Shown: positions 54,218-64,000 of the stretch, in pieces | How positions within the stretch are numbered: the stretch's first letter is position 1 | Layout of the letters: each line of letters starts with the position of its first letter | Assembly: GCF_009931435.1 (NCBI RefSeq) | Contig: NZ_CP043414.1 | Length of the DNA stretch: 64,000 nucleotides | From: Escherichia coli | Lineage (GTDB): Bacteria > Pseudomonadota > Gammaproteobacteria > Enterobacterales > Enterobacteriaceae | Reading direction: 5' to 3' (one strand) | Notes under the pieces: generated by a model | What the model saw: the letters and a program-made list of their open reading frames with translations, nothing else | Told to the model about the DNA's origin: nothing | Database searches by the model: none | Position numbers and translations under genes: made by a program

Positions 54218-56326
54218 TCAGGCTGCGGTAATCAGCCAGCAGTTGTGGATCTGGCGGTTACGGGCGAAATCCTGGGAGAGCGTTTTTTGCGTAATTTCTT
54301 GTGCTTTCAGTCCCAGTTTTGCCAGTCCGTCAAGATCCATACGGAAGCCACGTTTGTTGTTCGAGAACATGATCGTCCCACCAGCACGCAGCAGACGTTT
54401 CAAATCTTTCATCAGCGCCAGATGATCGCGCTGAACATCAAACGCATCTTCCATTCGTTTTGAGTTAGAGAAGGTTGGCGGATCGATAAAGATCAGATCG
54501 AACTGTTCATTTGCCTCACGCAGCCACGCCAGGCAATCGGCCTGAATCAGGCGATGCGCACGCCCGGTTAGGCCATTCAGACGCAGGTTGCGTTCTGCCC
54601 ACTCCAGATAAGTACGCGACATATCCACGGTGGTAGTGCTGCGTGCACCGCCTAATCCCGCGTGCACGGTGGCGCTGCCGGTATAAGAGAACAGGTTGAG
54701 GAAATCTTTGCCTTTGCTCATCTGACCGAGCATACGACGGGCGATACGGTGATCGAGGAACAGACCGGTATCGAGGTAATCCGTCAGGTTCACCCACAAG
54801 TGAGCGTTATATTCGGTGACTTCGAGAAACTCGCCCTTCTCGCCCAGTTTCTGGTACTGATTTTTGCCCTTCTGGCGTTCACGGGTTTTCAGCACCAGTT
54901 TGTTTGGCGCAATCCCCAGTACCGAAATGGTTGCAGCGATAATATCGAACAGACGCTGACGCGCTTTGTGCGCATCAATAGTTTTTGGCGGCGCATACTC
55001 CTGCACCACCACCCAGTCGGCATAACGATCAACGGCAACGTTATATTCCGGCAGATCGGCGTCATACAGGCGGTAACATTCAATCCCTTCCTGGCGAGCC
55101 CACTTCTCGAATTTTTTGAGGTTCTTACGCAGGCGGTTAGCGTAGTCTTCCGCTACCATCGCCGGTTTGCTGTCTGGAGTGCTTTCGGCAACGTGGTAAT
55201 TTTTCTGTACGCAGTCCAGCGGGCCGTTTTTTGCCTTGTACTGTTTGTCTGCACGCAGCTGCAAGCAGCTGAGTAGATCCGGCGAGGCACTAAACAAAGA
55301 GAGATTCCAGCCACCGAACTGGTTTTTCATGATTCGGCCCAGCAGACTATGCAGCGCAATCAGCGCCGGTTCGCTGTCCAGACGTTCACCGTATGGCGGG
55401 TTGCTCAACACTGTACCGTACGGCCCTTTCGGCAGCGGATTGGTCAGTTGCGCAACATCTTTCACCTCAAAGGTAATCAGTTCACCAATCCCCGCAAGAC
55501 GTGCGTTAGTGCGCGCACGTTGAATCACCCGGGCGTCGCTGTCCGAACCGTAAAAATGAGAGCTATACTCAGCCAGGCCTTTACGGGCGCGAGTTTGCGC
55601 TTCCGCTTTCACTTCCTGCCAGATAGCTTCATCATGCTGCGCCCAGCCGCTAAAGCCCCAACGCCCACGGTGCAAACCTGGTGCGCGATCGGTCGCCAGC
55701 ATCGCAGCTTCAATCAGCAACGTACCAGAACCACACATTGGATCGAGCAGCGGTGTTCCCGGCTGCCAGCCGGATCGCATCACAATCGCGGCTGCCAGGG
55801 TTTCTTTGATCGGCGCAATACCAGCACGATCGCGATAGCCACGCAGATGTAAACCATCACCACTGAGATCAAGGGCGATACTGGCAGTTTCTTTATGCAG
55901 CCAGACGTTAACGCGGATATCCGGCGCATCGCGATCAACATTTGGACGCGGCAAATTTTTCCGCGTGAAAGCATCGACGATCGCGTCTTTCACTTTCATC
56001 GCGCCGTACTGGCTGTTGCGAATGGTGTCATTTAAACCACTGAAATGGACAGCGAAGGTCGCGCCAGGATTAAACATCTCTGTCCAGTTGATCGCCTGAA
56101 CGCCGAGATAGAGGTCTAAATCACTGTAAACCTTACACTCGCCCAGCGGCAACATAATACGCGAGGCCAGGCGGCTCCACATCAGGCTCTGGTAAACAAG
56201 CCGTGTGTCGCCCTTAAAATGGACCCCACCCTGAACCACCTGGCATTCAACGGCCCCCAGGTTTTCCAGTTCAGTTTTTAACAGCTCTTCCAGCCCACGG
56301 GCCGTACTGGCAAACAGAGAATTCAT
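54218..56326 (-). CDS. rlmL: Bifunctional 23S rRNA methyltransferase RlmKL (RlmL)
   Basis: 702 aa; THUMP plus two SAM-MTase domains. Confidence 0.95.
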   Translation of the reverse strand: MNSLFASTARGLEELLKTELENLGAVECQVVQGGVHFKGDTRLVYQSLMWSRLASRIMLPLGECKVYSDLDLYLGVQAINWTEMFNPGATFAVHFSGLNDTIRNSQYGAMKVKDAIVDAFTRKNLPRPNVDRDAPDIRVNVWLHKETASIALDLSGDGLHLRGYRDRAGIAPIKETLAAAIVMRSGWQPGTPLLDPMCGSGTLLIEAAMLATDRAPGLHRGRWGFSGWAQHDEAIWQEVKAEAQTRARKGLAEYSSHFYGSDSDARVIQRARTNARLAGIGELITFEVKDVAQLTNPLPKGPYGTVLSNPPYGERLDSEPALIALHSLLGRIMKNQFGGWNLSLFSASPDLLSCLQLRADKQYKAKNGPLDCVQKNYHVAESTPDSKPAMVAEDYANRLRKNLKKFEKWARQEGIECYRLYDADLPEYNVAVDRYADWVVVQEYAPPKTIDAHKARQRLFDIIAATISVLGIAPNKLVLKTRERQKGKNQYQKLGEKGEFLEVTEYNAHLWVNLTDYLDTGLFLDHRIARRMLGQMSKGKDFLNLFSYTGSATVHAGLGGARSTTTVDMSRTYLEWAERNLRLNGLTGRAHRLIQADCLAWLREANEQFDLIFIDPPTFSNSKRMEDAFDVQRDHLALMKDLKRLLRAGGTIMFSNNKRGFRMDLDGLAKLGLKAQEITQKTLSQDFARNRQIHNCWLITAA

Positions 56327-56423
56327 ATCGTCACTTTTACTCTAAGAAAATTGTTGCGCATTATAGCTAATAAGCGCGTCATGTCATAAAGTTGAGGGCT
56401 TATTTTCATTTGAGGACCGCACC

Positions 56424-57533
56424 GTGGCGACATTAACCCGGCTTTTTATTCATCCTGTTAAATCGATGCGCGGCATTGGTCTTACACATGCTCTGGCAGA
56501 TGTCAGTGGTCTGGCCTTCGATCGCATCTTTATGATCACGGAACCTGACGGTACGTTTATTACCGCTCGCCAGTTTCCCCAGATGGTACGGTTTACTCCT
56601 TCACCTGTGCATGATGGCTTGCATCTCACCGCACCAGATGGCAGTAGCGCATATGTTCGTTTTGCTGATTTCGCAACACAAGACGCACCAACCGAAGTTT
56701 GGGGCACACATTTTACCGCGCGAATTGCGCCAGACGCGATCAACAAATGGTTAAGTGGATTTTTCTCCCGCGAAGTGCAATTGCGCTGGGTGGGGCCACA
56801 AATGACCCGGCGCGTGAAACGCCACAACACTGTACCTCTGTCATTTGCTGATGGCTATCCTTACCTTCTTGCTAACGAAGCCTCGTTACGTGATCTCCAA
56901 CACCGTTGTCCGGCCAGTGTAAAAATGGAGCAATTCCGCCCCAATCTGGTGGTTTCCGGCGCGTCAGCCTGGGAAGAAGATAGCTGGAAAGTGCTTCGTA
57001 TTGGTGATGTGGTGTTTGATGTGGTTAAACCTTGTAGCCGCTGTATTTTCACCACCGTCAGCCCAGAAAAAGGGCAAAAACATCCGGCAGGCGAACCATT
57101 AAAAACATTGCAATCTTTCCGAACAGCCCAGGATAACGGCGATGTCGATTTTGGTCAGAATTTAATTGCCCGTAATAGTGGCGTGATTCGCGTTGGCGAC
57201 GAGGTGGAAATTCTTGCAACGGCTCCGGCGAAAGTTTACGGCGCAGCTGCCGTGGACGATACCGTCGACGCCGCGCAGCAACCGGACGCAAATGTAGATA
57301 TTGACTGGCAAGGGCAGGCATTTCGTGGAAATAACCAACAGGTTCTGCTGGAGCAATTAGAAAATCGGGGAATTCGTATCCCTTATTCTTGCCGCGCGGG
57401 CATTTGTGGAAGCTGCCGTGTTCAGCTTTTAGAAGGCGAAGTCACCCCGCTCAAAAAATCAGCAATCAGCAATGATGGCACCATTCTTTGCTGTAGTTGT
57501 GTGCCGAAGACTGCGCTTAAACTAGCGCGTTAA
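56424..57533 (+). CDS. ycbX: MOSC-domain plus 2Fe-2S ferredoxin protein YcbX
   Basis: 369 aa; C-terminal [10 protein letters not shown] ferredoxin motif. Confidence 0.9.
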   Translation: MATLTRLFIHPVKSMRGIGLTHALADVSGLAFDRIFMITEPDGTFITARQFPQMVRFTPSPVHDGLHLTAPDGSSAYVRFADFATQDAPTEVWGTHFTARIAPDAINKWLSGFFSREVQLRWVGPQMTRRVKRHNTVPLSFADGYPYLLANEASLRDLQHRCPASVKMEQFRPNLVVSGASAWEEDSWKVLRIGDVVFDVVKPCSRCIFTTVSPEKGQKHPAGEPLKTLQSFRTAQDNGDVDFGQNLIARNSGVIRVGDEVEILATAPAKVYGAAAVDDTVDAAQQPDANVDIDWQGQAFRGNNQQVLLEQLENRGIRIPYSCRAGICGSCRVQLLEGEVTPLKKSAISNDGTILCCSCVPKTALKLAR

Positions 57534-58072
57534 ACTGCCTGTTCGAGGCTGAAACTGTCAACATTAACCTGCGGTTTCAGCCTGTCATTCATGATTTTGA
57601 TGGCGTCCCCCAACTGCATCGCGCGACCCGCAATAACAACGCAGGGTTGTGCCAGCAGGCACAGTGCGGCATTTTCGCCAGATTCAACGACCAGCAAATT
57701 GACCTGCTCGTAAGTGTCGCTCAACCAAACGCAGGCCGCATCGCCCGGCATGGGCACCCACATTTCACCATGGGAAACAAAATGCCAGCTTTTCGGCATT
57801 TGCGGTTTGAGATAACGAATTGCTACCAGCGCATTAAGCACCAGTTCGGCTTTTTGTTCTTTAGATAAATTAAAATCGCGGCATTTTTCTTCAAATGAGA
57901 AATAGAGCGCGGCGTCGTCAACGCAAAAGCCTGCGGGAGAAAAGGCATCTGGAGTCAACATTTTGCGCGCAAAACGTGAGCGAAATAGCATACCATTGGC
58001 TAAATCGAGCATCATTCGATCGTGCTCTTCATCGTAATACCAACGCCAGTTATCGTCTGGTTTAATTCGCAT
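57530..58072 (-). CDS. zapC: Cell division protein ZapC
   Basis: [24 protein letters not shown]...; 180 aa. Confidence 0.9.
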   Translation of the reverse strand: MRIKPDDNWRWYYDEEHDRMMLDLANGMLFRSRFARKMLTPDAFSPAGFCVDDAALYFSFEEKCRDFNLSKEQKAELVLNALVAIRYLKPQMPKSWHFVSHGEMWVPMPGDAACVWLSDTYEQVNLLVVESGENAALCLLAQPCVVIAGRAMQLGDAIKIMNDRLKPQVNVDSFSLEQAV

Positions 58073-58245
58073 TTGCCTCTCCCCTACCCTATAAAACCGC
58101 AGCAACACAATCCATTGTCGCTTCGCTTAATAACCTCAACAATAAAAGTACAAAATGTCTAAATAAGCAACAGCGATGAATATAAAACAACCAGGGCTTA
58201 AAATAAAGCCCTGATTATCTTATAAAGAGGAATTCGAAGAAATAA

Positions 58246-59256
58246 TTAGATATGGGTAACGATTTCTTTAATCAGCGGCGGTCCTTTAAAAATAAAACCA
58301 GAATAAATTTGCACCAGTGAGGCCCCCGCAGCAATCTTTTCACGCGCAGCGATAACCGAGTCAATGCCGCCAACACCGATGATCGGTAAGCGACCGTTTA
58401 ATTCCTGAGACAAACGGCGAATAATTTCGGTGCTTTTTAACTGTAGCGGACGACCACTTAAGCCACCGGTTTGATCACAATTTTTCATTCCCTGAACCAG
58501 AGAACGATCGAGCGTGGTATTGGTTGCAATAACGCCATCAATATTATGGCGAACTAAACTATCGGCAACCTGGATCAATTCTTCTTCAGAAAGATCCGGC
58601 GCGATCTTCACGGCGATCGGCACATATTTATGGTGCATCGCTTGCAAATCATTTTGCTTATTTTTAATCGCGGTTAAGAGATCATCCAGCGCTTCGCCAT
58701 ATTGCAGTGTGCGTAATCCTGGGGTATTCGGCGATGAAATATTGATGGCGATATATCCCGCATAGGCATAGATTTTTTCCATACAAATCAGATAGTCATC
58801 TTTACCCTGCTCCACCGGCGTATCTTTATTTTTGCCGATATTAATCCCCAGAACACCATCGTAATGAGCTTTTTTTACGTTCTCAACGAGGTTATCAACG
58901 CCGAGATTATTAAAGCCCATACGGTTGATCAAACCTTCGGCATCTACCAGACGAAAGAGACGCGGCTTGTCATTACCTGGCTGTGGACGTGGCGTGACGG
59001 TACCGATCTCGATAGATCCAAACCCCATCGCGCCTAACGCGTCAATGCACTCCCCGTCTTTATCAAGACCGGCTGCCAGACCAAGCGGATTTTTAAACGT
59101 CAGGCCCATGCAGTTAACAGGTTTCGCAGGCACTTTCTGCCGCACCAGTGCTTCAAACGGTGTTCCTGTAATACGGCGTAATTGCTGAAAAGTAAACTCA
59201 TGAGCGCGCTCTGGATCGAGCTGGAAAAGGGCTTTACGAACGAAGGGGTAGTACAT
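58246..59256 (-). CDS. pyrD: Dihydroorotate dehydrogenase (quinone)
   Basis: [21 protein letters not shown]...; 336 aa. Confidence 0.95.
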   Translation of the reverse strand: MYYPFVRKALFQLDPERAHEFTFQQLRRITGTPFEALVRQKVPAKPVNCMGLTFKNPLGLAAGLDKDGECIDALGAMGFGSIEIGTVTPRPQPGNDKPRLFRLVDAEGLINRMGFNNLGVDNLVENVKKAHYDGVLGINIGKNKDTPVEQGKDDYLICMEKIYAYAGYIAINISSPNTPGLRTLQYGEALDDLLTAIKNKQNDLQAMHHKYVPIAVKIAPDLSEEELIQVADSLVRHNIDGVIATNTTLDRSLVQGMKNCDQTGGLSGRPLQLKSTEIIRRLSQELNGRLPIIGVGGIDSVIAAREKIAAGASLVQIYSGFIFKGPPLIKEIVTHI

Positions 59257-59492
59257 GAACTCTCCTGGATTCCCGGTGTGCAAACCGGGGGCGTATTATG
59301 TGCGAGTTCGGACCAAAAGGGAATTGACCTACGGCAATAAATAGCAAACGTTTTCTTATTGCGCTTTTTTTATGCTTTTTTTGGCTTTGCTTCGTCAGAT
59401 AAATCATTTCGACTCGCGGACGCCCTCTGTCAGACTGACCAAATTGTTATCAATTTTAACAAAACAAGAACAATTGGTTATAAGGAGAGAGT

Positions 59493-60068
59493 ATGCGTGT
59501 CATCACCCTGGCGGGGAGTCCTCGCTTTCCTTCTCGCTCCAGCTCCTTGCTGGAATATGCGCGGGAAAAACTGAATGGCCTGGATGTAGAGGTTTATCAC
59601 TGGAATCTGCAAAACTTCGCCCCGGAAGATCTGCTTTATGCTCGTTTCGATAGTCCGGCACTCAAGACCTTCACCGAACAGCTGCAACAGGCTGATGGAC
59701 TGATAGTCGCTACACCTGTGTATAAAGCCGCCTATTCCGGTGCGCTGAAAACCCTGCTCGACCTGCTGCCAGAGCGCGCTTTGCAAGGCAAAGTGGTGCT
59801 GCCGCTGGCGACGGGCGGCACGGTGGCTCACCTTTTGGCGGTCGATTACGCCCTTAAACCGGTTTTAAGCGCACTGAAAGCCCAGGAGATCCTGCACGGC
59901 GTGTATGCCGATGACTCACAGGTGATTGATTACCACCACAAACCCCAATTCACGCCAAATCTGCAAACCCGTCTTGATACCGCGCTAGAAACTTTCTGGC
60001 AGGCACTTCACCGCCGTGATGTTCAGGTTCCTGACCTTCTGTCTCTGCGAGGTAATGCCCATGCGTAA
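59493..60068 (+). CDS. ssuE: NADPH-dependent FMN reductase SsuE
   Basis: 191 aa; first gene of ssuEADCB. Confidence 0.9.
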   Translation: MRVITLAGSPRFPSRSSSLLEYAREKLNGLDVEVYHWNLQNFAPEDLLYARFDSPALKTFTEQLQQADGLIVATPVYKAAYSGALKTLLDLLPERALQGKVVLPLATGGTVAHLLAVDYALKPVLSALKAQEILHGVYADDSQVIDYHHKPQFTPNLQTRLDTALETFWQALHRRDVQVPDLLSLRGNAHA

Positions 60069-61020
60069 GATCATTAAACTGGCGCTGGCGGGATTGCTTA
60101 GCGTCTCTACACTCGCGATTGCCGCAGAGTCGTCTCCAGATGCGTTACGTATTGGCTATCAGAAAGGCAGTATTGGTATGGTGCTGGCAAAAAGCCACCA
60201 ATTATTGGAAAAACGCTATCCGCAAACAAAAATCTCGTGGGTGGAGTTCCCCGCTGGCCCACAGATGCTGGAGGCGTTAAACGTTGGCAGTATCGATCTC
60301 GGCAGTACCGGGGATATTCCACCAATCTTTGCCCAGGCTGCCGGGGCTGATTTGGTGTACGTGGGCGTCGAGCCGCCGAAGCCCAAAGCCGAAGTGATTC
60401 TGGTGGCAGATAACAGTCCGATCAAAACCGTAGCCGATCTTAAAGGTCACAAAGTTGCCTTTCAGAAAGGTTCCAGCTCGCACAATCTTTTACTACGCGC
60501 ACTACGCCAGGCCGGGCTTAAATTCACGGATATCCAGCCCACTTACCTGACGCCTGCCGATGCCCGCGCCGCGTTCCAGCAAGGTAACGTCGACGCATGG
60601 GCTATCTGGGATCCCTACTACTCCGCTGCGTTATTACAGGGCGGCGTGCGGGTGCTGAAAGACGGCACCGATCTTAATCAAACCGGCTCGTTTTACCTGG
60701 CAGCTCGTCCCTATGCAGAAAAAAACGGCGCATTTATTCAGGGTGTACTGGCAACCTTTAGTGAGGCCGATGCGTTAACCCGCAGCCAGCGCGAGCAAAG
60801 CATCGCTTTACTGGCAAAAACGATGGGCTTACCAACGCCGGTGATTGCCTCTTATTTAGATCATCGCCCCCCTACCACCATCAAACCGGTTAACGCCGAG
60901 GTTGCCGCCTTACAGCAGCAAACGGCAGATCTGTTTTATGAAAACCGTCTGGTACCGAAAAAAGTCGATATCCGCCAGCGCATCTGGCAGCCCACTCAAC
61001 TGGAAGGAAAACAATTATGA
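60061..61020 (+). CDS. ssuA: Aliphatic sulfonate-binding periplasmic protein SsuA
   Basis: [21 protein letters not shown]... signal peptide; 319 aa. Confidence 0.9.
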   Translation: MRKIIKLALAGLLSVSTLAIAAESSPDALRIGYQKGSIGMVLAKSHQLLEKRYPQTKISWVEFPAGPQMLEALNVGSIDLGSTGDIPPIFAQAAGADLVYVGVEPPKPKAEVILVADNSPIKTVADLKGHKVAFQKGSSSHNLLLRALRQAGLKFTDIQPTYLTPADARAAFQQGNVDAWAIWDPYYSAALLQGGVRVLKDGTDLNQTGSFYLAARPYAEKNGAFIQGVLATFSEADALTRSQREQSIALLAKTMGLPTPVIASYLDHRPPTTIKPVNAEVAALQQQTADLFYENRLVPKKVDIRQRIWQPTQLEGKQL

Positions 61021-62162
61021 GTCTGTATATGTTCTGGTTTTTACCGACCCACGGAGACGGACATTACCTGGGAACGGAAGAAGGTTCACGCCCGGTTGAT
61101 CACGGTTATCTGCAACAAATTGCGCAAGCGGCGGATCGTCTGGGCTATACCGGTGTGCTAATTCCCACAGGGCGCTCGTGTGAAGATGCGTGGCTGGTGG
61201 CAGCGTCGATGATCCCTGTGACGCAACGGTTGAAGTTTCTTGTTGCCCTGCGCCCCAGCGTAACCTCACCTACCGTTGCTGCCCGCCAGGCCGCCACGCT
61301 GGATCGTCTCTCTAACGGACGCGCGTTGTTTAATCTGGTCACAGGCAGCGATCCGCAAGAGCTGGCAGGCGACGGCGTATTCCTCGATCATTGCGAGCGT
61401 TACGAAGCCTCGTCTGAATTTACACAGGTCTGGCGGCGCTTATTGCAGGGCGAAACCGTCGATTTTAACGGTAAACATATACATGTACGCGGAGCAAAAC
61501 TGCTCTTCCCGCCAATTCAACAGCCCTATCCTCCGCTTTACTTTGGCGGCTCGTCAGACGTCGCCCAGGATCTGGCCGCTGAACAGGTTGATCTCTACCT
61601 CACCTGGGGCGAACCACCGGAGCTGGTAAAAGAGAAGATCGCGCAAGTGCGGGCGAAAGCTGCCGCGCATGGACGCAAAATTCGTTTCGGTATTCGTCTG
61701 CATGTGATTGTTCGTGAAACTAACGACGAAGCGTGGCAGGCCGCCGAGCGGTTAATCTCGCATCTTGATGATGAGACCATCGCCAAAGCACAAGCCGCGT
61801 TTGCCCGCACCGATTCCGTGGGGCAACAGCGAATGGCGGCGCTACATAACGGCAAGCGCGACAATCTGGAAATCAGCCCCAATTTATGGGCGGGCGTTGG
61901 CTTAGTGCGCGGCGGTGCCGGGACGGCGTTGGTGGGCGATGGTCCGACGGTCGCCGCGCGAATCAACGAATACGCTGCGCTTGGCATCGACAGCTTTGTG
62001 CTTTCTGGTTATCCGCATCTGGAAGAAGCGTATCGGGTCGGCGAGTTGTTGTTCCCACATCTGGATATTGCCATTCCGGAAATTCCCCAGCCACAACCGC
62101 TGAATCCGCAAGGCGAAGCGGTGGCGAATGATTTTATCCCCCGTAACGTCGCGCAAAGCTAA
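61017..62162 (+). CDS. ssuD: Alkanesulfonate monooxygenase SsuD
   Basis: 381 aa, [19 protein letters not shown].... Confidence 0.95.
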   Translation: MSLYMFWFLPTHGDGHYLGTEEGSRPVDHGYLQQIAQAADRLGYTGVLIPTGRSCEDAWLVAASMIPVTQRLKFLVALRPSVTSPTVAARQAATLDRLSNGRALFNLVTGSDPQELAGDGVFLDHCERYEASSEFTQVWRRLLQGETVDFNGKHIHVRGAKLLFPPIQQPYPPLYFGGSSDVAQDLAAEQVDLYLTWGEPPELVKEKIAQVRAKAAAHGRKIRFGIRLHVIVRETNDEAWQAAERLISHLDDETIAKAQAAFARTDSVGQQRMAALHNGKRDNLEISPNLWAGVGLVRGGAGTALVGDGPTVAARINEYAALGIDSFVLSGYPHLEEAYRVGELLFPHLDIAIPEIPQPQPLNPQGEAVANDFIPRNVAQS

Positions 62163-62172
62163 GGAAGAAATA

Positions 62173-62964
62173 ATGGCAACGCCAGTGAAGAAGTGGTTAT
62201 TGCGCGTTGCCCCCTGGTTTTTACCGGTGGGCATCGTGGCGGTGTGGCAACTGGCCTCCTCGGTTGGCTGGCTGTCGACGCGTATTTTGCCCTCTCCGGA
62301 AGGGGTGGTAATGGCGTTCTGGTCGCTCTCAGCCAGCGGCGAATTGTGGCAGCATCTGGCGATCAGCTCCTGGCGGGCGTTGATTGGTTTTTCAATTGGC
62401 GGATCGCTGGGGTTGATTCTGGGACTGATAAGCGGACTGTCGCGCTGGGGAGAAAGGCTGCTGGATACCTCAATTCAGATGTTGCGCAACGTGCCGCATC
62501 TGGCGCTGATCCCGCTGGTGATTTTGTGGTTTGGTATTGATGAATCCGCAAAAATCTTTCTGGTGGCGCTCGGCACGCTATTCCCCATTTATATCAACAC
62601 CTGGCACGGCATCCGTAATATCGATCGCGGTCTGGTGGAAATGGCGCGTAGCTATGGATTATCCGGCATACCGCTGTTTATCCATGTGATCCTGCCTGGT
62701 GCCCTGCCCTCAATTATGGTCGGCGTACGTTTTGCGTTGGGCCTGATGTGGCTGACGCTGATTGTTGCCGAAACCATTTCTGCCAATTCCGGCATTGGTT
62801 ATCTGGCGATGAATGCGCGGGAGTTTTTGCAAACGGATGTGGTGGTAGTCGCCATTATTCTCTACGCCCTGCTCGGCAAACTTGCTGACGTCAGCGCGCA
62901 GCTGTTAGAGCACCTCTGGCTGCGCTGGAATCCGGCTTATCATTTGAAGGAGGCCACGGTATGA
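62173..62964 (+). CDS. ssuC: Sulfonate ABC transporter permease SsuC
   Basis: [20 protein letters not shown]...; 263 aa. Confidence 0.9.
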   Translation: MATPVKKWLLRVAPWFLPVGIVAVWQLASSVGWLSTRILPSPEGVVMAFWSLSASGELWQHLAISSWRALIGFSIGGSLGLILGLISGLSRWGERLLDTSIQMLRNVPHLALIPLVILWFGIDESAKIFLVALGTLFPIYINTWHGIRNIDRGLVEMARSYGLSGIPLFIHVILPGALPSIMVGVRFALGLMWLTLIVAETISANSGIGYLAMNAREFLQTDVVVVAIILYALLGKLADVSAQLLEHLWLRWNPAYHLKEATV

Positions 62965-63728
62965 ATACTGCTCGTCTGAACCAGGGCACACCCTTGTTAC
63001 TCAATGCAGTAAGCAAACATTACGCAGAAAATATCGTTCTGAACCAACTGGATTTACATATTCCGGCAGGTCAGTTTGTGGCGGTGGTGGGCCGCAGCGG
63101 TGGTGGCAAAAGTACCCTGCTGCGCCTGCTGGCAGGTCTGGAAACGCCAACCGCAGGCGATGTGTTAGCGGGTACCACGCCGCTAGCTGAGATTCAGGAA
63201 GACACGCGAATGATGTTTCAGGATGCGCGTCTGCTACCGTGGAAATCGGTGATTGATAACGTTGGGCTGGGCCTTAAAGGCCAGTGGCGCGATGCCGCGC
63301 GTCGGGCGCTGGCTGCGGTAGGGCTGGAGAATCGCGCGCGGGAATGGCCTGCCGCACTTTCTGGCGGGCAGAAACAGCGTGTGGCGCTGGCAAGAGCGTT
63401 GATTCATCGACCGGGTTTATTATTGCTTGATGAACCGCTCGGGGCGCTGGACGCCCTGACTCGGCTCGAGATGCAGGATTTGATTGTGTCACTTTGGCAG
63501 GAGCACGGCTTTACCGTACTGTTGGTGACGCATGATGTGAGCGAAGCGGTAGCAATGGCGGACCGGGTGTTGTTAATTGAAGAGGGAAAAATTGGTCTGG
63601 ATTTGACGGTGGATATCCCCCGTCCGCGCCGGTTAGGGTCGGTGAGATTAGCAGAGCTGGAAGCGGAAGTGTTGCAACGGGTGATGCAGCGTGGGCACTC
63701 TGAACAACCGATTCGGCGTCATGGTTAA
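62961..63728 (+). CDS. ssuB: Sulfonate ABC transporter ATPase SsuB
   Basis: 255 aa; Walker [10 protein letters not shown], signature LSGGQKQR. Confidence 0.95.
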   Translation: MNTARLNQGTPLLLNAVSKHYAENIVLNQLDLHIPAGQFVAVVGRSGGGKSTLLRLLAGLETPTAGDVLAGTTPLAEIQEDTRMMFQDARLLPWKSVIDNVGLGLKGQWRDAARRALAAVGLENRAREWPAALSGGQKQRVALARALIHRPGLLLLDEPLGALDALTRLEMQDLIVSLWQEHGFTVLLVTHDVSEAVAMADRVLLIEEGKIGLDLTVDIPRPRRLGSVRLAELEAEVLQRVMQRGHSEQPIRRHG

Positions 63729-63730
63729 TA

Positions 63731-63920
63731 TGCCGGATGTGGCGCACAAAAACAGCGGTTTCAACGGATTGTAGGCCTGATAAGACGCGTCAAGCGTCGC
63801 ATCAGGCATTTGGGCACGGCTGCCGGATGCGGCGTGAACGCCTTATCCAGCCTACAAAACCAGCATTTTCAACGGACTTGTAGGCCTGATAAGACGCGTC
63901 AAGCGTCGCATCCGGCATTT
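63731..63920. repeat. REP/BIME cluster (two copies of GCCTGATAAGACGCGTCAAGCGTCGCATC(A/C)GGC plus companion palindromes)
   Basis: Near-identical ~33-bp palindromic units at ~63774-63806 and ~63883-63915, typical of E. coli REP elements. Confidence 0.75.
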
Positions 63921-64000
63921 GGGCTCAAAAGTATCAAGCCAGTGCTTTAGTTATCTTCTCGTACAGATCGCCAGAGAGATTTTCCAGCCCTTTCAACTGC

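Noticed and set aside
54662-55852. Plus-strand ORFs of 167-204 aa within rlmL, and minus-strand ORFs within fabA, lonH, ssuD and helD
   Set aside because: Antisense to conserved housekeeping genes; typical high-GC shadow frames.

Overview
The window is an Escherichia coli-type chromosomal segment, reverse-complemented relative to the usual K-12 orientation. Positions ~32.5-64 kb are the conserved host block yccA-tusE-acyP-rlmI-hspQ-yccU-yccT-mgsA-helD-yccF-yccS-sxy-sulA-ompA-matP-lonH(ycbZ)-fabA-rmf-pqiCBA-uup-rlmL-ycbX-zapC-pyrD-ssuEADCB, ending in a REP cluster. Positions 1-32.5 kb are the int-proximal part of a mosaic lambdoid prophage inserted at the 3' end of tRNA-Ser (serT), with a 60-nt tRNA 3' fragment at the junction beside the integrase. 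The prophage runs leftward: int/xis-like, a large exonuclease, small early genes, a CI-like repressor with palindromic operators on both sides, Cro/YdaS-like and YdaT-like genes, replication-type genes, a nin-like region, RusA, a Q-like gene, a lysis cassette, cosN, then near-lambda-identical Nu1-A-W-B-C-D-E-FI-FII-Z head genes. The most notable feature is an AT-rich cargo island (~18.9-22.3 kb) in the nin position: an ~830-aa nuclease-NTPase reading frame (PD-(D/E)xK nuclease domain, Walker A, Walker B, long C-terminal region) split into two ORFs exactly at an A8/T8 homopolymer. This looks like a compact antiviral STAND/NACHT-type defence gene that is either frameshift-inactivated, phase-variable, or a sequencing artefact. 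Other cargo includes hok plus a Doc-family toxin pair, a three-gene insert between Q and lysis (membrane protein, small wHTH-like protein, orphan beta-class DNA methyltransferase), and small ORFs around the lysis cassette. All protein identifications rest on my reading of the ORF translations, visible motifs and recalled reference sequences; no database search was run.
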